A stretch of DNA of 58,181 bases from Chiloscyllium plagiosum (taxonomy: Eukaryota), in assembly GCF_004010195.1 (NCBI RefSeq), contig NC_057758.1, forward strand, positions 7,809,510 through 7,867,690, written 5' to 3'. Below the pieces are notes generated by a model, which did no database searches, was not told where the DNA came from, and saw nothing but the letters and a program-made list of their open reading frames with translations. Shown here piece after piece: positions 26,231 to 38,435 of the stretch. The first letter of the stretch is position 1; each line of letters opens with the position of its first letter. Made by a program: the position numbers and the translations under genes.

Positions 26231-26799
26231 AATGTAGACCACACAGTCTTTCGAGTCTGCTGAACCCCAAATCAATAACACAACATACAACAGAAATTAC
26301 TGGAAAACTCGGCATGTCTGTCAGCAGCTGTGGAGAAATGTCAGAGTTAAGCTTTCTGGTTGACTGCCCCTTCCTCAGAACTGGATACTTGAACCATAGT
26401 TCTCAGGAAGGATCTCTCGACGCAAAACTTCAATCATGATTTCTATCCACTGAAGCTAATAAATCTGTTGAGATTTTCGAGATTTTTGTCTTCGAATCTT
26501 TAGGATGCGTAGTTCTTTCAGTTTTTATTCAGTTTGATCATGGTTGTTCCAATTTCATCCTCAACTGTGCATTCCTACATATTCCTGGATCAGCTTTCAC
26601 CGCGTTGCTCATCAAGAATCTCTCTGAATACGCCGTCAAAAGCTTAAAGTGTTTGCTTTTTCAAGAAGGAATTCCAAAGTATTGCAAGCCTCTAAGAGGA
26701 AAGAAATTCTTCTTTGTCTCCGTTTTAATTAGTTACTTTTAAATAACGAAGCTTTTTTTTTATTATGCACTATTTATACAAAAAGTGGATAACAATGTA

Positions 26800-27555
26800 A
26801 AAGGGATAATTATGGGTTGACAAACGACTCGAAATTTGATGTTGTTGATGATAGTGAGGAGGATGGTCTCAGGCTACATCCGGATATTGATCAGCTGCTA
26901 AATTGGACAGGTGAAATTTAATTCTGATAAGTGTGATAAGCATTGTGTGACGTCTAAAAAAGGAAGGATATGCCAATGTATCGTCAGTCCATAGGACGTA
27001 CTGAGAATAAATGGGACCCAATGTATAAGTTAATGAATCCTTGAAGATATTAGCACATTTAAAAAGGATGGTGAAGAAGACATACGGAATGCTAGCCATC
27101 ATTATCCTTTGGAGGATATGAGCAACAAAGTCTCATTACAATTCTTTAAAACATTGGTTCATCCACATATAGAATAATATGTGCAATACTTGTCACTGCA
27201 CTATCAGAAGGGCATGAGTGCAGAGGAGAAGGTATAAAGGAGATTGACTGTGATTTTGCCTGTGATTAAAACTCGCAGTCATGATGAGTGATTGGACAGG
27301 TTGTGTTTGCTTTCCTCTGGGCAGGAGATGTTGAGGGGGACTCTGATTGATGTCGAGAAAATCTTGAGTTATAAACAAAACAGGTTGTGAGTATCTTTCC
27401 ACATTGCAGGCATGTCTAAGACCAGAGCGTAATAGTTTCTTCTGCCGAATAATTAGCTGAGAAGCGAATTGAGAATTTTTGTTTCATTCAGAGGACAGCG
27501 GAAATATGGAACATCCTACCTGAGAAGCTGGTTAAGGCAGGTACTCTATTCCATT
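26800..27555 (+). mobile_element. old CR1-type LINE fragment
   Basis: Degenerate RT C-terminal and 3' region similar to the other copies. Confidence 0.6.
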
Positions 27556-27559
27556 CGAT

Positions 27560-27790
27560 GCAAAGGCCGACATTCTATTCGTAGTTTAGTCGCAACCACG
27601 CGTCGTGGGACTGGTGTGACATGTAGGACCAAATCAGGTCAAGAACAAGAACAATGCTATGGGTCTGGGCTTCCATGTAGTGACAAAACAGGCCAATGGT
27701 ACCCAGAGTAATTTGACTTTCGAGTCACATGTAACATTGGACAGGTCAACATGAACCATATTCCTCTTAGCATTATATCACATGTTTGGT
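27560..27790 (-). pseudogene. degenerate Ig C1-set domain relic
   Basis: VPLACFVTTWKPRPIAL ... VVATKLRI. Confidence 0.3.
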
Positions 27791-27899
27791 CTGAGTAGGT
27801 TCGTGATGTCATTTCCTGTGGTGATATCACTTCTGTGGTAATGTAATTTGCTGCTGCGAAGTCGCTTCCTGTTCTCTGTCTCGAGGGGTGATAGCTGGG

Positions 27900-28375
27900 G
27901 TCTAACTCAATGTGTTTTTACTCAGACCCCTTGACATCATGGTAGTCCTCAAACACACCAACACTCTCAAACAGCAGCTAACGAACTTGAAAGATCCTAT
28001 ACAGACAACAAGCAAAACGAATGTAATTTACAAAATACCTTGCAAGGACTGTTACAAACACTACATTGAACAGACAAAAAATAGCGACCAGGATACATGA
28101 ACTTCACCTAGCCGAAAAACGACAGGAACCTCTCTCACTAGTATCTTTACATACGGATGAGGAAGGCACCATTTCGATTGCGACAACACATCTATCCTCG
28201 GACAATCCAATTAACAACACGCACGAGAATTCCTGGAAGCATGATAATCCAACTTAAAGTCTATCAACAAACATTCTATCAATAGTGCTTCGCCTGAGGC
28301 CCACTGAAGATTTTACCTAGTGGGGGACAAAACATCTGGAAATGAAACTTCCAGCTCAGCGAGCAAACCTGCATG
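27900..28375 (+). mobile_element. Penelope-like element relic (GIY-YIG endonuclease region)
   Basis: TNTLKQQLTNLKDPI...NVIYKIPCKDCYKHYIEQT / ATRIHE / REFLEA*. Confidence 0.85.
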
Positions 28376-28644
28376 AAACTCCATTTCCCACTTCTCAGCC
28401 CAGCTCTGCAGCTTATCAATGTCCCTCTGGAAAATGCAACATCTTTCTGCATGGCCCACTTCTCCACCAACTTTAGTGTCATCTGCAAATTTACTAATCC
28501 ATGTATCTGGAACATAACTGACTCCAGTTCCAAACGATACATTTCTCCATTAAGCATCTTTCGATTTACCTGACAAAACTTTCACTTACACTAAAGCTGC
28601 AAAACGAATTACGGCATGAATTAAAATGGACTGATATTCATTTG

Positions 28645-29150
28645 CGTGTGTGTGGGCGTGTGTGAGTGTGCATGAGTCTCTGTGGGGTGTGATTGTCTGT
28701 GCATGTGCATGTGCGTGTGCGTGTGTGTGTGTGCGTTGTGTCTGTGTGCATGTGGGTGTGTTTGGAAGCGCGTGTGAGTATGTGTGTGCGTGTGTGTCTA
28801 TGTATGAGTGTGGATGTGTGTGGGTGCCTGTGTGAGTATGTGTGTGTGGGTGTGTGAGTGTGTGTTTATGAGTGTTAGTATGTGTGGGTGTGTGTGTGCG
28901 TGTGTGTGAGTGAAGATGCGTGTGTAGGTGAGTACGGGTGTGTGCTTGTGGGAGTGTGGGTGTTGAAGTGTGAGTTTGTGTATGTATGTGTGGTTGGGTG
29001 CTGATAAGGTCGGGTGTGTGAGGGTGTGAGTTTGTTTGTGTGGATGTGTGTCTGTGTGTGTCTTGTATGCGTGTGCGTGTGTGTTGTTTGTGGGTGTGCA
29101 TCTGTGAATGTGGTCGTTTGTGTGTGTCTCTGTGTCTGCCTGTGTGCTCA
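28645..29150. repeat. TG-rich low-complexity tract (CA-rich counterpart at 44862-45340)
   Basis: Imperfect (TG)n. Confidence 0.9.
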
Positions 29151-29254
29151 TATCCAATTCTTCCCCACCTTTGAGCATTCAGGATGCATCAAAAAGACAC
29201 CGAGAATGATGGAGAGATCGATTGACAGGCACTGTCCTCAATATTTATTTACAG

Positions 29255-29890
29255 TATGACAGAGGGCAGGGTAATAAGGCTGTCGAAGTCTTGCGTGCCA
29301 ATTTAAGCTATGCAACAAGGAAAGGGTTGGGAGCTGGGACTGCCGTCTCTCCGTTCCCACCATTTCCAATGCAATTAGATTAGATTAGATTACAGTGTGG
29401 AAACAGGCCCTTCGGCCCAACAAGTCCACACTGACCCGCCGAAGCGCAACCCACCCAGACCCATTCCCCCGCATTTACCCCTTCACCTAACACTACGGAC
29501 AATTTACCATGGTCAATTCACCTAACCTGCACATTTTTGGATTGTGGGAGGAAACCGGAGCACCCGGAGGAAACCTACGCAGACACGGCGAGAACGTGCA
29601 AACTCCACACAGAGAGTCGCCTGAGACGGGAATTGAACCCGGGTCTCTGGCGCTGTGAGGCAGCAGTGCTAACCACTGCGCCACCGTGCCGCCCACAATT
29701 GCGCTGTCACACATGGAAGATGGAGAGCGTCTGGGTCATCAGCAGATCCAACATCACCAACTCCTTTGCCCGGCAACAATGGGTACCCCAGTAGCACTTG
29801 GCTCTGATCTTCAGTTCGTCCCCTCGGCAAGTCTGCTCTCGGCACAGGCCTCTCAACTTATCACATGTGGCTCCAGGCTCTGCGAACGAA
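29255..29890 (+). pseudogene. Ig C1-set exon relic (left arm of the inverted duplication), interrupted by an HE1 SINE
   Basis: tttatttacag| acceptor; TWKM...SNITNSFA / NNGYPSSTWL across frames once the SINE is removed. Confidence 0.35.
29377..29695 (-). mobile_element. HE1-type SINE, young, with CAATT target-site duplication
   Basis: caatt at 29372-29376 and 29696-29700; empty site visible in the paralogous arm at 44339-44343. Confidence 0.95.
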
Positions 29891-30082
29891 ACCGTCGAGT
29901 ATTAGCCGGATTCCTCTCAGCCCACTCGCCCACCACGTCAGGATTACTGATGGTGAAGCCTGAACAGCCGGGAGTGGAAGCGAATAGGGTCAGGGGGCTA
30001 GCGCAGTTGAGATTTTCTTCTGTGCAAACAAACATCCATGCAAAGATTTTGACTCTGCATCTTTATTTCTCGCTTTGCACAG

Positions 30083-30350
30083 AGTGTGGATGCGAGGCGT
30101 TTCGAGTCTACAACCACTCCCGTAAAACAAACCTCTAAACCTGCTCCACAGAGCGTCTGACAAACCTGTGTCTCCAACTTGATATGTTTTCCAGCTTCAA
30201 CGCGAATGTCGAATTCAATGGTTGCTATCTCTTCACACGGGCTGCGCCTGAAAGGTAGAATCTGCCAGCATATGTGGGTGGCTACTGGAGTGTCACAGAG
30301 CCTTGTGCTGATTCGCAAGAGAAAGAGATTATATTTTGTAGTTTTAATGT
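30083..30350 (+). pseudogene. Ig C1-set exon relic (left arm)
   Basis: ctttgcacag| acceptor; VYN / NLICF / SFNANV / IQWLL / GGYWSV / IFCS across frames. Confidence 0.4.
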
Positions 30351-30569
30351 AATCAAGGGGTGTGGGTTGCAAATGGGAAATTGACGTTGAGTGAGAGAAT
30401 CACCTTTGAGCATACTGAGGTATGGAAGCGGCCAACTCCTGCTCTGAGGTCATATGATTCTGGTTCTCATTGTGGGTGGGTGTTTGTGTGTGTGTGTGTG
30501 TGTGTTTTTGCGCACGTGTGTGTGTATGTGTTTCTGTGGCTGTGCGTCTATTTGTTTGTTTCCCTGGTC

Positions 30570-30975
30570 CACAAAGCCACAGTGCCAAGCAAAGAGGAGG
30601 CACTGTCAGAGGGTAGACTGACAGGGAATGGAGGGCACCTTGGCCCAGCGGGGCTGTCTGAAATCAGCTTAAGCCAGCAGTATCCTTTCAATCCGAGAGC
30701 CAGCCTTTCGACAACCTCCCACCCACATGCCCCCACGTGGTAGCGAATCACCTTTGTAGAAGAAATGCTTCCGTGGCAGAAGGCCGGCCCCAGACAGAGA
30801 CAGGGCCAGGAGTTCAAGGACGAGGAGGAGGAATACTCCCTTCATCTTCTGGTCAGCTCCTCGGAGCCTGGAGACGGCAGAGCGAATCTGACACGATTTA
30901 CCAGCCCAGTTCCACAGGAATGGTCTCGTATTGACGTCTTCTGAATCGAACAGCACGACAACAAGTTGCCTGGAG
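30570..30975 (+). pseudogene. Ig C1-set domain relic (left arm)
   Basis: VPSKEEAL ... LPWQK ... TSPVPQEWSRIDVF*IEQH, matching the EW..G.V(Y/F).C...H region of C1 domains. Confidence 0.45.
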
Positions 30976-31679
30976 TGCCCTCCTTCCTTGGAAGAAACAC
31001 AGCAGGCTGAATCCGTGATCGCTTTAAATCATTAACATGTGTACTCACCCTTCGTTACAACTTGGGCTTGATCCACCTTATTGCATCGAATTTCAGAGAC
31101 TCTGTGCAAATGTCACCATATTCTTCACTGAATCAAACTGCTAATCATTTTCCCCAATCCCGCAGTGCGTCAGAGAAAAGACCAGTCAAAGGTTTCTGTT
31201 CAGAATCTCTATGGTGGAGAAGCAGAATACCGAATCGCGTTGATTGAGTGGATGTTGGGAAGAGTTTTTCATTGTTAGGAGAGAAGTGGATCCGAGGACG
31301 AAGCCTTAGAGTAAAGGGAGGACCTTTTATAACGAAGATAATGAGAATTGTTTTCAGCCAGAGATTTGTGAATTTCAGAAATTCATTACCATCGACGGTT
31401 GTGAAGGTATAATTTTATACAGATATAATTCGGTTCGGAGTATCAAGGGGGAGGGAGTACGGGGAGAAAGGTGGAGAATGTGGTAGATAAACCTATCGGC
31501 AACGAGTGCATGGTGGACGGGCTTGATGGGCTGAATGGCCTCACTTCTCCTCCTATGTTTTTTGGCCATTCTGCCGATCGAGTTCACACCGACACAGTAA
31601 GCAGCATTCTGCCCTGTATTTTTTGCAGAACTAATCTACCCAGCCTGCACATCCTTGTCACATTGCGGAGAAACTTCCA

Positions 31680-31860
31680 ATAGCCAGTCCACCTGAGTCT
31701 GCACATCATTGAACTGTGGGAGGAAACAGCAGCACCCGGAGGAAACCAATGCTGACACAGGGAGAATGTGCAGATTCCACACTGACAGTCACCAAAGGGT
31801 GGAATCGATCCTGTGTGCCTGGCGCTGCGAGGCAGTATTGCGAACCACTGAGTGAAATTG
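31680..31860 (-). mobile_element. old diverged HE1-like SINE (also in the right arm at ~42320-42500, +)
   Basis: Degenerate gggaggaaac...cacccggaggaaacc body and tRNA-like head. Confidence 0.7.
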
Positions 31861-34152
31861 CAACACGCATTCCTGGTAGACTGAGATCCAGAGAATATCT
31901 CTCACGACAGGAGCTGAAGTAGGCTGTTCCGCACATCACATCTGCTGCGCCATTTAACGGGACCACAGCTGATCTGACAAACCTCTCCTGCGCCTTCCCT
32001 GTCTTCCCCCATAAACTCACAATTCCCTCACTGTTTAAGAGTCGCACTCTCTTTCTCAGTCTTCAATATATTGAATAACCCAGCATCATCAGCACTCTGT
32101 GGTGAAGAACTAAATAGTTTCACCCATCTCCCAGAGCACAGTCCCTCCAATATTGTGGAAGTCCCATAGCACTGGCCCTCTGATAGTAATTATATCCTCA
32201 GTGCTGACCATCCGACAGTGCCTATTCCCTCATCACTGACCCTCCGATAGTCCCCACTGCCTCAGCGTTGAACTTCTAACAGTGCCGAGTCCCTCAGCAC
32301 TGAGATTCCGAGCGTGCGGTGCTCCCTCAACACTGAAACTCAAGCAGTGAGGAATCCCATCGACAATGATGCTCTAACAATGCCACACTACCTCAGCATC
32401 GACCTTCTGATAGTGGGACACTGCCTCTGCACTGACTGTCTGACAATGCAGAGCTCCATCAGCACTTCCCCTGACATTATGGGAACCCAGCAACAATGAC
32501 GCACTGAAAGCACACACTGTCTCAGCACTGACCCTCCAACAGTGCCCAGTCCCCCAGCACTGATTCGTTGACAGTACAGGACTCTCTCAGCACTGACCTG
32601 TCCTTCCCCAGTATTGACCCTCCAATGGTGCGGTTCTCCCTCAGTACTGAATCTCTGACGTTGCGGAGACCCTTCAGCAGTAACCCTCCAATAGTGCAGA
32701 GTTCCCTCAGCACTGCCTCTTCGGCATTGTGGAAATCCCTCAGCACTGACACTCTGGCAGAGACATTTCCTCAANNNNNNNNNNNNNNNNNNNNNNNNNN
32801 NNNNNNNNNNNNNNNNNNNNNNNNNNNNNNNNNNNNNNNNNNNNNNNNNNNNNNNNNNNNNNNNNNNNNNNNNNNNNNNNNNNNNNNNNNNNNNNNNNNN
32901 NNNNNNNNNNNNNNNNNNNNNNNNNNNNNNNNNNNNNNNNNNNNNNNNNNNNNNNNNNNNNNNNNNNNNNNNNNNNNNNNNNNNNNNNNNNNNNNNNNNN
33001 NNNNNNNNNNNNNNNNNNNNNNNNNNNNNNNNNNNNNNNNNNNNNNNNNNNNNNNNNNNNNNNNNNNNNNNNNNNNNNNNNNNNNNNNNNNNNNNNNNNN
33101 NNNNNNNNNNNNNNNNNNNNNNNNNNNNNNNNNNNNNNNNNNNNNNNNNNNNNNNNNNNNNNNNNNNNNNNNNNNNNNNNNNNNNNNNNNNNNNNNNNNN
33201 NNNNNNNNNNNNNNNNNNNNNNNNNNNNNNNNNNNNNNNNNNNNNNNNNNNNNNNNNNNNNNNNNNNNNNNNNNATTCTTTCCTATTCATGTATTCGTCA
33301 AAATGCCGATTAAATGTTCTTAATGTGACAGCGTCAACCACTTCCGTTGGCAGCTCATTCTATATACGCATCACTGTCTGTGTGGAAAATGTGCCCTCAG
33401 GTTTCCTTTCATTCTTTCCCCTCCATTATTAACTGGTGCTCTCTTGTCCTCGATTCCTTTACCAAGGGGGAAAAAAGCATTTCCTCTATCCTTACCTCTC
33501 ATGATCTTATTCACTTCTATAAGGACCCCCTTCATTTTTTTTACTCTCTAAAGAAAAACATCACAGTTTGTCGAACATGGCCTGATAACTTAAATCATTG
33601 ATTTCAGGCAATATCCTTGCAAATTTCATCTTTACATTTTACATTTTGGTAACATCTTTTCTATAACAAGGTGACCAAAACTGAACACAATATTTCAAGT
33701 TCAGCTTCACCAACGCCTTGTAAAATTGCAATTAAACTTGCAAAATTCTGCACTCAATGCCGGGACCGAGGAAGGCCAGAATGCCTGGCTGATTTAATCA
33801 GTTATTCAAGGCTGATCTACATGCAGTTATTTTGAGCAAAGGTGTCAACAATTGTAATTTTCATTCATGAAAACAATAGTTTTTTTAATTAAACCATGAA
33901 AAAGACATTGTTCGAATGATTCATTTTACTTTAAGAAACTTATTTTTTGTTCATAAATTACAAAGTTTTTGCTTAAGTTACAAATCGGTGTTGAGAATCA
34001 ATTTTCCCAAAGCAATTGTGCATCCAAACCAGATGACAATGCTAACAAACTCTCACACACATACAGACAAAGCTTTTCTGCAAGCGCGTGATTTTCCCTC
34101 TCGCTCTCTCACGCAGGCAGACGCACGCAAGGCGTTTCAGCAAGCCACAGCT

Positions 34153-34204
34153 TTCTCTCTCTCTCTCTCTCTCTCCCTGTCACTCTCTCCCTCTGTCTTT
34201 CTCC

Positions 34205-34255
<51 letters not shown>
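34153..34255. repeat. (CT)n(CA)n compound microsatellite
   Basis: Visible directly in the sequence. Confidence 0.95.
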
Positions 34256-34256
<1 letters not shown>

Positions 34257-36011
34257 GAGCCTTGCCGAAACAGACCCTTTTGTTAATTCCAAAAAGTACA
34301 GTATAGGCCTTGCCTTAAACATTCAACAGTCTAGTAACAGTTTAACACGATGACAATTCTCTACTATTTTGCATTTCACCTTCAACCACCAACCTGCTGG
34401 CTTCCAATTTCATCAAAAATCACTAATACTAACAATAAAACAATCCTTAGCTGTTCCCGTCCGTGCAGTCCCCTTTATTTTTTTTAAATTTTCTTCAAGA
34501 TAGGACGGTATCCACAGAAACTTAAAAACACTACCTGTTTTTTTTCTCAATCTCTTTATTATTTACTTAATCACCCCCCTGCACAGTTTTCTTGAACAAC
34601 TTCTGTGTCTTCTCAAACTTGAATTAACATCCGCCTTTCAAAAGTCGACATTGTCTGTCACAATGGTTCCCGACATTACACTTAACCTGTCACAGAATAC
34701 TAACATTATCTGTTATGGGAGCTATGTAATATGATGCCAGATTACAACCCTAAGTCAACTAATTAACTGCGACAGTAACTTCCATACTAACAGCAGCAGG
34801 ATCCCTGTTTTATCCATTGCTGTCTGTACAATTGGAACAACTGAGCTGTACCCCGATCTGACCTGGAGAGCGCAGTGGAGCAGAAGGAAGCACGATCGTT
34901 CAGTGAGTTGCTGGGGAGGGGATGCTGGGAGAGAAGGTTCCCTCTGACACCAATGCCCCAGTGCCTTCCCAAACCCTTCGTTTCTATTCATTCACGGGAG
35001 GCTGTGGCTCTGTTGGCTGGGTCAGCATTTACTGCCCATTCCACCCTGCCGTGAACGTCTGCAGTCCATCTGCTGGAAGGTCGACCAACAATGTTCCTCA
35101 CGGAGAGGGACCTAGGATTCTGACCCAGCCACACCGAAGGAACGTCCGAAATATTTTCACTTCGGTTTGTTGAGGGACTCAGAAGGGGACCTGAAAGTGA
35201 GGGTGTTGTGTTCCCACACGGTGAGTCTTTCGAAATAGAAGTGGCCATGGGTTAGGAAGGTGCTATAACAGGGTGAGATTCTGCCGTGCATCTTGTCCTT
35301 GTTACACACTGCTGTTACTGAGGGTCGGTTGGAGGGGGAGCGATGGGGGGTTGTGGTGCCAATGCAGACAGGACGGTGCTGCTCTGTCCCTGGATAGTTT
35401 CGACTTTCCTTCATGTGTTAGAATAACAGCTACCCGGGACAAGTGGGAAGTCGTAGCGTTCTGTCGGTTTCTCCCGTTCCTTCATTCCTGTAAAGTCGAG
35501 GAGAAAATACACAATGCTATGCAGTCGGCCTTACGACACCAGTCCGGCAAACGCTGCAATCAGTTTGGTAAACTCCAATGCCAGGTAAGGAGACCAAAAC
35601 TGCACTCAGCACTGCAGATGCAGTCTGACCTATCCAATTGCATCAGATCCTCCCAGCTCCTGGACACGAGTCCTCTCGATCTGATGGCCGAGTGCACCGT
35701 TGCAGGACCATCATGAGCAGCAGTATCTCAGAATGGTGACTGAGGCCCAAACATCTTCAGCTGCTTCAGAGATGAACTGCTTTCCATCAGAATGTCAGAA
35801 GAGGGGTATGTTCACCGATGAAATTCAGCACTATTCGCCACTCCTCAGACTCTGCAGAAGTCCGTGTGCTGAAGTTGCAAACCTGGACAATAACGAGGCT
35901 GGTCTGAAAACTAAAAGAGCAGGTGAAACTGCGGACGCTGGAGATCAAATTTGACGGTGTGGTCCTAGAAATGCAGAGCATGTCAGGCAGTTTCCGAGGA
36001 GCAGGAGAATC

Positions 36012-36039
36012 GACGTTTCGGGCAAAAGCCCTTCATCAG
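36012..36039 (-). ncRNA. minimal hammerhead ribozyme core in a Penelope terminus (copy 1)
   Basis: CUGAUGA-AGGGC-UUUU-GCCC-GAAAC-GUC on the minus strand. Confidence 0.65.
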
Positions 36040-36175
36040 GGCCAAAGGGACTGAGAGTGAAATAAGAGTCGCGTGACGTTGGGGCAAGGTAGCTAGGAAG
36101 GTGATAGGAAGATGAAGGTGGGGTAAAGTGAAAATTTGGAGAGGAGAGTTAAGCAGATAGAGGAGCAGGAGAATC

Positions 36176-36203
36176 GACGTTTCGGGCAAAAGCCCTTCAT
36201 CAG
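36176..36203 (-). ncRNA. minimal hammerhead ribozyme core (copy 2)
   Basis: Identical to copy 1, within a 164-bp tandem duplication. Confidence 0.65.
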
Positions 36204-37489
36204 GGCCAAAGGGACTGAGAGTGAAATAAGAGTCGCGTGACGTTGGGGCAAGGTAGCTAGGAAGGTGATAGGAAGATGAAGGTGGGGTAAAGTGAAAATT
36301 TGGAGAGGAGAGTTAAGCAGATAAATAGAAGAGACGATGATTAGACAGGACAGGCCTTGGATTTGGTATAAGTTGAGGTGGCAGGGAGAAGAAATGCGGA
36401 AACTTGTGAAATTCCCATTGATTCGGTGGGGTTGAGGGACTCACGGCAGAAGATGAAACGTTCTTCCTCCAAGCCTCTGGTGGTGAGGGTTTAGCGGTGG
36501 AGAAGTCTCAGGACCTATATGGTCTCAATGGGGTGAGAAGTGTGCGGCTTACAGAAAAACCCATGTCGGATGTGGAAGCTTCCTTTGCGACTGGATGCCA
36601 ATTGCGGAGAGCTTCAGGGACCACCTCCCAGATGTGCGCACGGACCAATCCCACAGCCCCGTGGCCAAACACTTCAACTCCACCTCCCACTCTGCCAAGG
36701 ACATGCAGATCATTGGCTTACTCCATTGCCACTCCATAACCATGCAACGCCCAGAGGAAGAACACCTTTTCTTCACTTCAGAAAACTCCAATCCCACGGT
36801 ATCAATGTGGATTTCACCAGTTTCTCCAATTCCCCTTACGCCATCCTCTCCCAGATCCAACCTTCCAACTCGTCAACAGACATTTTGGTCTGTGTGGTGT
36901 CTTTCTCATCCATCTGCACCACCCTACTCACCGAACTATCACCATTGTCCCACCTCCACCTAACTATCGCCTTCCAAGCTAATTTTCCCCAGCTCCACCG
37001 TCCTATTTATCTCTCAGCCTCTTTACCCCGCACACCCACATTCCTCATGAACGAAACGTCGATTCTCCTGCTCATGGGATGCTGCTTGATCTTGTGTGCT
37101 TTTCCACATCCCACTCTTGGCCTAAAACCTGCCAATTAATATCTGCATCACGCAAATGCCTGATGATCAATATCTCCAGTCTAAAAATATGTCTATGCTT
37201 TTGTGCTGAGGACACACAATCTATATCCATATTTCTGTCTCTGTTACTATTTATGATCTCTATGTCTCTCTATCAGTATCCCTGTCTCTGTCTCTGGGTC
37301 TCTGCATTTTCTCACTCTCTTTCTCTCTCTCTCCATCCCTATCTCTTTTCGGTTATTCTTTTATAATCTTTGTTTCCCTCTATCATTGTCTCTGTCTCTG
37401 CTTATCTATATGTCTGTCTCTCTCTACCTATGTCTCCCACTCTCTCTGTCTCTCGCTGTTTATTTCTCACTCTCTATCTCTCTGCCTTT

Positions 37490-37745
37490 AAGACACTTCG
37501 TGAACGAAAATAATTTTGAGGCAAATCCTGGTGTGCTGTGGCAGCATTTTTGTTACGTGGTCCTGTGAGGCACCATGGGAGATTTCGTGAACTCCCTGGA
37601 TCAAAACAAGCTGGTCCGTTCTCCCCCAAATTTTGCTCCCAATTGTTTGGCCTCAGTCGGAGAACTGTGCACAGCTCTGATTTCCAAATTGAAATGATCG
37701 CAAGTTGTGGTCATACAGGAAAAGTAAGGTCCCACACTGAAACTT
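37490..37745 (+). pseudogene. degenerate Ig C1-set domain relic
   Basis: QILVCCGSIFVTWS ... TALISKLK ... HTGKV across frames. Confidence 0.35.
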
Positions 37746-38435
37746 GATTGTTAGGTCTGAGGTGTCAGATTGCTTTATTTCTTCTGTCATTGAGGCTAAT
37801 CAATGGACGTATTCAGAAGAGGTTCGAAGTGTAAAATTAACACGAAGGACATGGTCATTTCAAAAATAGGCTAACAGCTTTGTTCAACAGCACAAGGATT
37901 GTTGGGACCGTGCAATTTCAAAGTTTAGCAAGAACTGTTCATCCTTTTAGAGGCCACTATAACAGACGGATTATCACATCTCAGGTAACATTCAATCCAT
38001 CTCTACACTGAATCTTCTATTTCAACTGATTGAAAAGTTGATTTCCATTTCGCATAACGGTGAAAATCCACTTAATGTATCCGTGCTGATACCCTGAAGA
38101 CAAGCTGCGCAATTTTGCTCTCAATGTCCCTCACTTACACCACATATAATGTGATGTGCAGAATTCTATTCTCAATATTTCTCAGTTGCATCAAACATAA
38201 AGAACTATGCATAATTCTGCTCTCGATATCCGTCCATGACACCACACATTAAGCACAGTGCACAGTTATGTTTTTACTATTGGTTCAAAAACACTTTAAG
38301 CACACTAGATAGTACTTCGTTCTGTATCCCTCCGTTAAACTACACTGCACAGTGCGGTTCTCTGTTTCACTTGGTTGCATCCTACTTGTACAACTGATTG
38401 TTGATAATAATGAAGTCGCGTTTTCTGTTTCCCAG

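Larger units (their letters stand above)
29161..32774 (+). repeat. left arm of an inverted segmental duplication
   Basis: Reverse-complement match to 41404-44553; both arms are bordered by gaps and TG/CA-rich DNA. Confidence 0.95.
35996..36323. repeat. perfect 164-bp tandem duplication
   Basis: 35996-36159 is repeated at 36160-36323. Confidence 0.95.
35905..37120. mobile_element. Penelope-like element with inverted terminal structure
   Basis: Minus-oriented 3' end (35905-~36540) facing a plus-oriented GIY-YIG C-terminus (FRDHL...SPVAKHFNSTSHS.KDMQIIGLLHC...EEEHLFF) that ends in gaaacgtcgattctcctgct. Confidence 0.85.

Noticed and set aside
28500..28645. Possible 3' half of a V exon ahead of the left-arm C1 relics (RFT / LSLTLKLQNE)
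   Set aside because: Too short and degenerate; no second Cys motif
28586..29259. His/Thr- and Val/Cys-rich ORFs (also 44.9-45.4 kb and 34.1 kb)
   Set aside because: Translations of CA/TG/CT low-complexity DNA
34760..34950. C1-like motif (AVCTI..ELYPD...QW), and a similar one at 51640-51915
   Set aside because: Too few landmarks to list as features
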